Shown: piece after piece, positions 1 through 7,816 of the stretch
Layout of the letters: each line of letters starts with the position of its first letter
Position numbering within the stretch: position 1 is the first letter of the stretch
From: Candidatus Latescibacterota bacterium
Lineage (GTDB): Bacteria > Latescibacterota > UBA2968
DNA: 64,000 bases
Direction of reading: 5' to 3'
Assembly: GCA_965205975.1 (NCBI GenBank)
Contig: OZ242195.1
Span: 2,944,001 to 3,008,000 of the forward strand
The notes under the pieces: model-generated
Databases searched by the model: none
The model's input: only the letters and a program-made list of their open reading frames with translations
What the model was told of the DNA's origin: nothing
Translations under genes and position numbers: made by a program

Positions 1-3000
1 ACGCAGGACCCGATAATGCGCGTGGGGATTTACGGCAACGAGAATATGTACGTATTGCGCCATCTTGCCGAAGAAGAAATCAAACAAGAATTGGAAGCAC
101 TCAAAGGCGTAGCTGCTGCGCGTGTGAAAGGCGGACTCGAAGAAGAAATTCGGGTTGAGATCAGCGAGAGGCAATTGGCACTGATGGGACTCAATATCAA
201 CACCATCAACCGACGATTGCAAGAGGAAAATGTCAACCTGGCCGGCGGCAGCTTGTTAGACGGACAGACACAATACCTCGTGCGTACGCTGAATGAATTT
301 CGCACCATTGACGAAATTGCCAATCTGGTAGTAGGCGACCGCAACAATATTGAAATTCGGGTAAAGGATGTGGGACAGGTTTATCGCACGCACAAAGAGC
401 GGGAGATCATCACGCGGGTCAATGGTGTAGAAAGTGTAGAAATCGAAATTTTTAAGGAAGCCGACGCCAATATCGTGGCGACAGCACAGCGCGTACGCGA
501 CCGCCTGTTTGGCACGCCCGAACAATTGGCATACATAGAAAAACTCAAAGCGGGCGAAATCGAAGCAGCCAAAGCCAACGACCGGCGGGAACAGGTGCGG
601 CAATTTGTGCAGATGAAAGAAATGACGAGTTTTATCGCTTTTACATTGCCCGAAGATGTGGCTATGGAACTGCTGTCCGATCAATCGACATTTATTGAAT
701 CATCGATCAATGAGGTCAAACAAACCGCGGTGATAGGTGGGTTGTTGGCAATACTGGTCCTGTACATCTTTCTTCGCAATCCGTCTCACACCGCTATTGT
801 GGGACTCGCCATCCCGATTTCAATTGTGGCGACATTTGCCCCTATGAACATCTTTGGCGTATCCCTGAATATCATGTCTCTGGGCGGGTTGGCTCTCGGT
901 ATCGGAATGCTGGTTGACAATGCCATTGTCGTATTGGAAAGCATTTTTAGATGCCGCGAAGAAGGCGACGATATGATTGCGGCCACCATCCGGGGAACAG
1001 GGGAAGTCGGCGGGGCGGTTTTTGCATCCACGCTGACAACTGTGGCGGTATTTTTTCCCATTGTATTTGTCGAGGGCGTGGCCGGGCAGATTTTTGGCGA
1101 CATGGCACTAACCGTTGTCTTTTCACTCCTGGCATCTCTGGGCGTCGCGCTATTCTTTATCCCCATGCTGGCTTCGCGGCAAGTGCATCTGTCACGCGGC
1201 GATAGCGAAGGACAGGGCGGGCGTCTGATGCAGTCTGAAGTATTGCAATTGCGTTCAGTCGCGTGGTTACTCGAAGGCATGGGTCTGAAAAACAGGGACG
1301 AAAAGGCGCTTCAATATCACGCCATAAATTTTAGCACGCTGTTGATGCGCGTGCCAATTGGCTTTATCTATTTGTTGGGCGAATACGTTGCCCGCACATT
1401 GTGGCTTGCAAGTGTAATCGCGATCGTGGCACTCAAAGCCGTATTCACCGTATTGGCGATTCTTCTATACCCTATCATCTATCCCGGATGGGGATTTTAC
1501 TGTTGGCTCGGTTCCGGACCATTATGGCGTCGTGAAATAAATCGCCTGTGGGGACCTCTATGCGCCTGGACTGAGGAGCGCGACCTGTTTGGCAAAGCAT
1601 GGGTACGGATAATATGGGACGATTTGCTGGCATTTGTGACGCCCCAAAATTTGGGACGCGACCTGAGTGTACAAACGAAATGGACAGGTAGGACATTGAA
1701 GCGTCTGTTCCGCTGGGTCTGGGAGCGCGCGATCTGGAAGCGCGTTTTAAAAATCGCACCGGTGCTCCTCGGCGCGGCAGGTGTTTTGCTGCTCTTTGTC
1801 CTCGGCGCAGTTTATTTTCTTCTTCGATTCCTGATCTTTACAACACTCATCCTGGTAGGCAAAATACTGATTCTGACACTCATGTTTGTGTTTTTAACCG
1901 GATTGGTCGCATTGCTGTTAATCGCCCTTGTCCTGTTGCCCCTCCTCGCGCCAGTGCTATTTTTGTTTGAGCGCGGTTTTGCAGCCATTCGGCTTGCTTA
2001 CACGCCTTTTATCCGCTGGGCTTTGCACAACAGACTGAGCATTATAGCGGGTGCTGTGGTGCCCTTTGCAATATGCTGGATGGTCTTGCTGCCCCGATTG
2101 GGCAATGAATTGATCCCCCAGGTACATCAGGGCGAATTTAATGTGGATATTGGTTTGCCCGTAGGCACGCCGCTCGAAATGACTGATGAAACCCTGAAAC
2201 TCATCGAATCGCGGGTGATGGATGCTTATGATGTAGGTGCGATTTCTTCGACCGTTGGCGTGGATAAAACCGATATCGCATCGTCTGATCAAGGCGAGCA
2301 CACCGGGGTTGTTTCCGTGGTACTGGAGGATATCGAAACAGAGAACCCCCAAAATGTAATGGCGGGTTGGGGACAAGATCTCCTGACATTGCCCGCGCGT
2401 ATTTGGGGAGGCATCAGGGGGGAAAGTGTTTTGGCACAGCGCGAAGACGCATTGATGGCTGATTTGCGAAACAGACTCTCGGATTTGCCGCAGATAAAAG
2501 CCGATTTTTCACGCCCCGCACTATTTAGTTTTAAGACGCCTATAGAAGTGGAAATTCGCGGATACGATCTGCCAACATTGACCCAATTGGGACGCGAAGC
2601 CGAGCGGGTAATGAGCGAAATTCCCGGACTTTACGATGTAAAATCGAGCCTTCAGCGCGGCAATCCGGAAGTGCAAATTGTCTATAAGCGCGACTTGTTG
2701 GCAAAATACAACTTAAATGTGCGTCAGGTCGCCTCGCTGGTGCGCGAAAAAGTACAGGGCAATGTGGTAACGCGATTTCGAGAAGCCGACCGGCGCATTG
2801 ATGTACTGGTGCGCGTAGATGAGGCTGACCGCGCCGGAGTAACTGAGTTGCGTCGGCTGGTGGTGAACCCGGGGCGACAGCAAGTGCCCATTCGCCTATC
2901 TGCAGTGGCCGATATTGAAGTACACGAAGGACCCAGTGAAATTCGGCGCATAGATCAACAGCGCGCGGTTCTAATTTCGGCCAATGTGAGCGGTATAGAT

Positions 3001-3597
3001 CTGGGAACGATGACAGCTATGATTCAGCGAGCATTGGAAACAATGGAAGTGCCCCAGGATGTATCGATGGTCATTGGCGGACAAAACAAGGAAATGGAGA
3101 CATCGTTGAACAGTTTGACCTTTGCATTGGGCCTCGCAATTTTTCTCGTGTACATCGTAATGGCCTCCCAATTTGAATCATTCCTCCATCCATTCGTAAT
3201 TATGTTTAGCATTCCGTTGGCACTAATTGGCGTAATCGTCATTCTATTTCTCACCGGCATACCTCTCTCGGTAGTGGTCTTTTTGGGCGTTATCATGCTG
3301 GCGGGCATTGTCGTGAACAATGCCATCGTACTCGTAGATTATATCAACCACCTGCGGCGCAGTGGAATGTCTAAATTGGAAGCAATTGTGCAGGCAGGCG
3401 AAGTGCGGTTGCGCCCCATCTTGATGACCACATCAACTACCGTACTGGGATTATTGCCCATGGCACTCGGCCTGGGCGATGGCGCAGAAATCCGCACCCC
3501 AATGGCCATCACCGTCGTCGCCGGACTAATCAGTTCCACGATTTTAACACTGGTAATTATTCCAACGGTATATTCTCTAATGGACCGCGGCGAATGA
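1..3597 (+). CDS. AcrB/AcrD/AcrF-family RND transporter permease, 5'-truncated by the window edge
   Basis: Frame is open from base 1. TM4 motif GMLVDNAIVVLE, TM10 GIVVNNAIVLVD, RLRPILMTT and LIPQVHQGEF are present. Confidence 0.95.
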   Translation, partial: TQDPIMRVGIYGNENMYVLRHLAEEEIKQELEALKGVAAARVKGGLEEEIRVEISERQLALMGLNINTINRRLQEENVNLAGGSLLDGQTQYLVRTLNEFRTIDEIANLVVGDRNNIEIRVKDVGQVYRTHKEREIITRVNGVESVEIEIFKEADANIVATAQRVRDRLFGTPEQLAYIEKLKAGEIEAAKANDRREQVRQFVQMKEMTSFIAFTLPEDVAMELLSDQSTFIESSINEVKQTAVIGGLLAILVLYIFLRNPSHTAIVGLAIPISIVATFAPMNIFGVSLNIMSLGGLALGIGMLVDNAIVVLESIFRCREEGDDMIAATIRGTGEVGGAVFASTLTTVAVFFPIVFVEGVAGQIFGDMALTVVFSLLASLGVALFFIPMLASRQVHLSRGDSEGQGGRLMQSEVLQLRSVAWLLEGMGLKNRDEKALQYHAINFSTLLMRVPIGFIYLLGEYVARTLWLASVIAIVALKAVFTVLAILLYPIIYPGWGFYCWLGSGPLWRREINRLWGPLCAWTEERDLFGKAWVRIIWDDLLAFVTPQNLGRDLSVQTKWTGRTLKRLFRWVWERAIWKRVLKIAPVLLGAAGVLLLFVLGAVYFLLRFLIFTTLILVGKILILTLMFVFLTGLVALLLIALVLLPLLAPVLFLFERGFAAIRLAYTPFIRWALHNRLSIIAGAVVPFAICWMVLLPRLGNELIPQVHQGEFNVDIGLPVGTPLEMTDETLKLIESRVMDAYDVGAISSTVGVDKTDIASSDQGEHTGVVSVVLEDIETENPQNVMAGWGQDLLTLPARIWGGIRGESVLAQREDALMADLRNRLSDLPQIKADFSRPALFSFKTPIEVEIRGYDLPTLTQLGREAERVMSEIPGLYDVKSSLQRGNPEVQIVYKRDLLAKYNLNVRQVASLVREKVQGNVVTRFREADRRIDVLVRVDEADRAGVTELRRLVVNPGRQQVPIRLSAVADIEVHEGPSEIRRIDQQRAVLISANVSGIDLGTMTAMIQRALETMEVPQDVSMVIGGQNKEMETSLNSLTFALGLAIFLVYIVMASQFESFLHPFVIMFSIPLALIGVIVILFLTGIPLSVVVFLGVIMLAGIVVNNAIVLVDYINHLRRSGMSKLEAIVQAGEVRLRPILMTTSTTVLGLLPMALGLGDGAEIRTPMAITVVAGLISSTILTLVIIPTVYSLMDRGE

Positions 3598-3600
3598 ACC

Positions 3601-3665
3601 GTTACCAGTTGTCAGTCCCAACCCCTCAACCCCGGTGTAATGCGGGGTAACTGACCACTGACTAC
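3601..3665. repeat. ~65 bp hairpin-forming element with 7-nt-period arms (copy 1)
   Basis: gttgtcagtcccaacc...tgcggggtaactgaccactgactac; similar to 37151-37228. Confidence 0.75.
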
Positions 3666-3818
3666 TTTTTCCAATTGACTTTTGGCAACTTTTTATTTTC
3701 TTAAGCACTTGAAATTTTTATGGCAAGTAAACAAATACTCGGTAACTTTTTGCGCTTTTTTTCGTCTAACCCTTGTAACAACGATAGTCACCCTATTTGC
3801 CGAAACATGGAGAATTGA

Positions 3819-5192
3819 ATGATGCGTTTTAGATATATCGCAGTATTGGCAATAATCTTTGCCCATGTGAATACAAGTGCTCAGGAAGAGCGAAGAGAAA
3901 TGCGCCTGACGCTAAATGAATGCGTGGAGATCTCGCTGACGAGCAGTGCCCAGATCGAGCAATTTAAGTACACAGTTGCGATTGCTGAGACCCAGGTAGA
4001 TAATGCGCGAAATAGTTTCTTCCCGACCACTTCTAATATGTCATGGAGCATCAGCAGAGGTGTTCAGGGACCTCGTGAAGGGCAGGTTCTGGATCAGACG
4101 ACGGGTACGCTGGTACAGTTATTGGGGGAAGACCGCATTACCGGTGGACAGAATTTCAGAATTGGTGGCCTGACCATGCCGATTTATGACGGTCAAATTA
4201 TCTCCCAGCTATCGAGCGCGAAAAACAGCCTGATGCAAACGCAAATGCAACAAACTGGCAATCGCCAAACGATCATTTTTCAGACCAAACAGCGCTATTT
4301 TCAACTTTTGCAGACGATTAAACTATTAGAAGTCCAACAAGAGCGCGTACGAGTATCTGAAGAAAGCCTGCGCAGAGCAGAGACATTGTATGAGATTGGG
4401 TCCGCGGCAATTTTACAGGTGACGAATGCAAGATCAAATCTGGCGGGTTTGCGCGCAACCCTGATTCAGCGAGAAAATGATGTACGCATCGCCCAGTCGA
4501 ACCTGGCATTTACAATGGGTCTGGGCACGGATGTAGATATTATTCCATCAGAAGAAGAGTTTGAACTTCTGTCTCCCCAATATTCAGAGTCTGATGCACT
4601 GTCTATAGCCCTTAAAGAACACCCCGACATCCTGGACAGCAAGTACGGTATGCTGGCATCCCGAGACACTTATAATGCAACGAGGAAAAGTTTGTACCAT
4701 CCCAGAATAACAATGAACATGAATGCCTATAGCTGGAGTATCGGTAAGGATGAGGAATTTGGCGGTATAGAAGACCTATTCCTCAAGAACTATGGCTATG
4801 GTATTGGTCTCAGTGTGAACATGCCCATTTTTAACTTCAACACGAGCAACAACTTGAAACGCCAAAAGCTACAATACTTGCTCAGCCAGGAGCGGTTAGA
4901 CCAGGCCAAACGACAAAAAGCATTAACCATTCGACAGCGCTATCTCAACCTGGAGCGCTTTCGGCGTTTGATTGAAGCAAATGAAGTGGCAGTGGAAGCG
5001 GCTGAAGAAAATTTCAAGCTGGAAGAAGAGCGGTATAATTTTGGCGGGGGAACATTCCTCGAGCGATTGACTGCTCAGCGCGATTTGTTTGATGCGCGCA
5101 ATAATCTGGTGCAGTCAAAATACAACTATTTGATCGAAATGGCGAATTTAGAAAACGAAGTCGGCACACCTGTTGTCGGAAATCCTGAATAA
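3819..5192 (+). CDS. TolC-family outer membrane efflux protein
   Basis: Signal peptide, LTLNECVEISL, two OEP-like repeats (AETLYEIG; EEERYNFG); follows the RND pump. Confidence 0.9.
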   Translation: MMRFRYIAVLAIIFAHVNTSAQEERREMRLTLNECVEISLTSSAQIEQFKYTVAIAETQVDNARNSFFPTTSNMSWSISRGVQGPREGQVLDQTTGTLVQLLGEDRITGGQNFRIGGLTMPIYDGQIISQLSSAKNSLMQTQMQQTGNRQTIIFQTKQRYFQLLQTIKLLEVQQERVRVSEESLRRAETLYEIGSAAILQVTNARSNLAGLRATLIQRENDVRIAQSNLAFTMGLGTDVDIIPSEEEFELLSPQYSESDALSIALKEHPDILDSKYGMLASRDTYNATRKSLYHPRITMNMNAYSWSIGKDEEFGGIEDLFLKNYGYGIGLSVNMPIFNFNTSNNLKRQKLQYLLSQERLDQAKRQKALTIRQRYLNLERFRRLIEANEVAVEAAEENFKLEEERYNFGGGTFLERLTAQRDLFDARNNLVQSKYNYLIEMANLENEVGTPVVGNPE

Positions 5193-5207
5193 CACGGAGG
5201 CGAGTTT

Positions 5208-5666
5208 ATGGGTATGTTTTATCGAACTGGTGTGGGATTGGTTGCGGCTGCTCTGATCTTGAGCATGGCTGTACCTGCCCAGGCTGTGGGTAAGGACTTT
5301 TTGATGCGATCAAAATTTCACAGCGCGCTGATGTTTGGCCTGGGTGGCGTTCTTGTTAAGCAAGCATTCGACGCAAAAAAAGAGGCCAATGATGCTTATG
5401 ATCTTTACAAACAAGCCAGTAACGCTACAGACGCACGAAGTTTTTACGATAATTCCAAGCGTCACGACACCCGCGCCGCAGTATTGGGTGTAGCCGGTGG
5501 TGCAACCATTCTTTTTGCCGTGCATCTATTTATGAAAGAAGATGAGAGTGGTTTGCCTCCCCCAAAGATGGAACGAGGCATTGTGAACATCAAGGGTGTG
5601 GCAGTAGATATAAAAGGCGATGTGTTTCAAAGAAAGATGCAGGTACAGATAAAAAAAGGATTTTAA
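5208..5666 (+). CDS. Hypothetical exported or membrane protein
   Basis: GGAGG RBS, signal peptide ending AQA, hydrophobic segments. Confidence 0.75.
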   Translation: MGMFYRTGVGLVAAALILSMAVPAQAVGKDFLMRSKFHSALMFGLGGVLVKQAFDAKKEANDAYDLYKQASNATDARSFYDNSKRHDTRAAVLGVAGGATILFAVHLFMKEDESGLPPPKMERGIVNIKGVAVDIKGDVFQRKMQVQIKKGF

Positions 5667-5694
5667 AAACTGAAAAGCAAAAATAAAGGAAAGC

Positions 5695-5730
5695 AAAGGG
5701 ACGATACTTACAACGTATCGTCCCTTTTTT
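5695..5730. terminator. Intrinsic terminator between convergent genes, probably bidirectional
   Basis: aaagggacgatac-ttacaac-gtatcgtcccttt stem followed by a T run. Confidence 0.85.
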
Positions 5731-5737
5731 ATCAAAT

Positions 5738-6967
5738 TTAGCAGCCTTCAAATAACGCGATTGCACGAGTATATTCCTGCATCCACTGGGCTACCTCTCG
5801 GGAGGGTGAAAAACGGGTCTGTGCTGACTGTCTTGCTGCTTCGCCGAGTTGAGTACGGAGAACCTCATTTTCAACCAAGAGACTCAAGCACTCTGCCAAA
5901 TTATCGACGTTTTCAGGTGGTACGAGAAGCCCTGTAACCCGATCTTCAATCAATGCGCGTGCGCCATCAATGTCGGATGCAACAATCGGAAGCCCCGCTC
6001 CCATCGCTTCAAGCAGGCTATTTGGCGATCCTTCATAAAGCGACGGAAATGCGTAGATGTCCATTTCTTTTAAAAATGGCATCACATAGCGGTGAGCAAC
6101 GCCACCAGTAAATGTTATATGGGACTCTAAGTTTAGTTCTTTGATGCGATCTTCCCATAATTTTGCTTCCTGCTTATCGTGGATCACCCCGACTGCAAGC
6201 AGATGCGCGTGCGGATGCTTGCAATGTACCTGAGCAAATGCTTCTATAAGATGGTGAAAGCCCTTTACGCGACGTAAAACACTTGCGGTTCCAATCAGAC
6301 ATTTTCCTCGCGATTTCAAATCTGCGAGCATCGCACCAAACATACGCAGGACACCGCTATGATCACCTTTCGCATTGGCGAGACGAAATGAAACAAACTC
6401 GGTAGGATCAAAAGCATTTGGTAGAACTGTTGACATGGAGATATCCGTGATCTGCTTTGCCATGCCGAGATATTCCTCTGTCACAGATGTTACGAGATCG
6501 GCATGCTCCAATATCCAGACCAGTGTAGGAACCATCCTGCAATCGAAGCGAGTTGTCACCACATCTCCCCCTCGAAGGCTGACGACGACGGGGCGGTTTG
6601 CGGCTCGCGCAGCAAGAACAGCAATCAAACCTGGGGGAAGCGCAAAAATTCCATGAAACAGGTCAAAATTGATTTCTGAATGGAGTTTCTCAATATAAAA
6701 CCCAATTTCTCGCAGTTCAGACGGATCGGGATAATTACCGAAAGATCGTTTACTGAGAGATGGGTAAGTTCGATGGACCACAAGACCATCTTCAACCGAT
6801 GACTTCACATCTTCACCTACGGTTATACTTCCCGGTGTGATTACATGGACATCGACATTTTGGGCGGCAAGATTGCGTGCGATCCGACGAGTCGCAGTGG
6901 CGACGCCACCTATGCAGACAGGTGGGTACTGATAAGTGATGATACAAACTCTGATTTTTCGTGACAT
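5738..6967 (-). CDS. Glycosyltransferase family 4 (GT-B fold)
   Basis: N-terminal YPP..GG, RRVKG, FPSLYEGSPNSLLEAM (E-x7-E). Start placed at MSRKIRV. Confidence 0.92.
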   Translation of the reverse strand: MSRKIRVCIITYQYPPVCIGGVATATRRIARNLAAQNVDVHVITPGSITVGEDVKSSVEDGLVVHRTYPSLSKRSFGNYPDPSELREIGFYIEKLHSEINFDLFHGIFALPPGLIAVLAARAANRPVVVSLRGGDVVTTRFDCRMVPTLVWILEHADLVTSVTEEYLGMAKQITDISMSTVLPNAFDPTEFVSFRLANAKGDHSGVLRMFGAMLADLKSRGKCLIGTASVLRRVKGFHHLIEAFAQVHCKHPHAHLLAVGVIHDKQEAKLWEDRIKELNLESHITFTGGVAHRYVMPFLKEMDIYAFPSLYEGSPNSLLEAMGAGLPIVASDIDGARALIEDRVTGLLVPPENVDNLAECLSLLVENEVLRTQLGEAARQSAQTRFSPSREVAQWMQEYTRAIALFEGC

Positions 6968-7048
6968 AGACCTTGCTCCCAATTATTGAAATGAATTGAT
7001 CGAAATGTATTCTGTATCCCGTACCAATCTTGCGATATATCTGAAAAT

Positions 7049-7083
7049 TTGGGTTGGAAGAGTGATCAGATCTCCCAACCCAA
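7049..7083 (-). terminator. Stem-loop downstream of the peptide gene (attenuator or mRNA stabiliser)
   Basis: ttgggttggaaga...tctcccaacccaa inverted repeat; only a weak U tract on the minus strand. Confidence 0.6.
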
Positions 7084-7119
7084 TGAGGCTAAATTCAAAA
7101 GTCGTTGGATGTATCCTCA

Positions 7120-7233
7120 TCAACAAGAACAGTCGTGGGGGTACCAATCCACATCAAGAAGCCATCCCCCCCAATTCCAACCCGTCAGGTCCTCAATGCG
7201 ACCAAGTCGTTTAACACTGGGAGTCTGGTACAT
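7120..7233 (-). CDS. RiPP precursor peptide with lasso-type leader, 37 aa (MYQTPSVKRLGRIEDLTGWNWGGWLLDVDWYPHDCSC); absent from the ORF track
   Basis: Translated by hand. RBS AAAGGAGGTGA at 7239-7249, double TGA stop, leader matches YxxPx(L/V)xxxGxxxxxTx, adjacent to a PqqD/RRE gene. Confidence 0.88.
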   Translation of the reverse strand: MYQTPSVKRLGRIEDLTGWNWGGWLLDVDWYPHDCSC

Positions 7234-7266
7234 ACGTATCACCTCCTTTCTTATAGATTTTCGGGC

Positions 7267-7310
7267 AAAGTACAGAAATAACCACTGACCGGTCAATGCG
7301 TTAGCTAACG
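7267..7310 (-). promoter_or_regulatory. Putative sigma-70 promoter of the precursor overlapped by two palindromes
   Basis: TTGACC (7296-7291), 18 nt, TACTTT (7272-7267); palindromes TGACCGGTCA (7286-7295) and CGTTAGCTAACG (7299-7310). Confidence 0.45.
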
Positions 7311-7378
7311 TTATGATTCCAACTGCTTTGCCCTATTTCTGATCTATCGCAATTGAATTCCACACTTAAAAAAAGAGC

Positions 7379-7698
7379 TCAAGTCTGAACCTGGATAAGG
7401 TGAAAGTCTTGTAGATCGTTCAACAAATTATCCAGATCTCGTTGCAGTATATTAGCGTCCACGTCAAACTCCGTTTGTAACTTGGCGAGGGTATCGCCTG
7501 GTTGGTCCACAGCCAACATTATCTCTATCATCTCTGTAGCTGTGGTATTCAGTTCAAAATATACTCCAGTCACTGTGTCAACCAGAAGGCCCTGTTCCTC
7601 AATACGCGAAAACTCAACGATGTATCGTGCTGCCCTGCAACACCGATGAAATCGCGTCCGATGTCAGGCAATGCTTGAATTTTTGAGATCCTCTCCAT
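7379..7698 (-). pseudogene. PqqD-family RiPP recognition element, apparently frameshifted
   Basis: The frame reading IVEFSRIEEQGLLVDTVTGVYFELNTTATEM...FDVDANILQRDLDNLLNDLQDFHLI is PqqD-like. The ATG with an AAGGAG RBS at 7698 is out of frame with it. Only 7379-7573 is open from a GTG. Confidence 0.75.
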
Positions 7699-7816
7699 AA
7701 TGCTCTCCTTAATCCCATTTCTTTGTGATCAATCACAAGCAGCCCATCCGATGCTTAAATAGCTGTCGAATTTGGGGCTACGCCCTGCTTTCGGTGCGTG
7801 CCTGTATTGCCTATGC

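Noticed and set aside
6996..7288. Plus-strand ORFs 6996-7214 and 7049-7288 from the track
   Set aside because: TTG starts without an obvious RBS; they overlap the better-supported minus-strand precursor.
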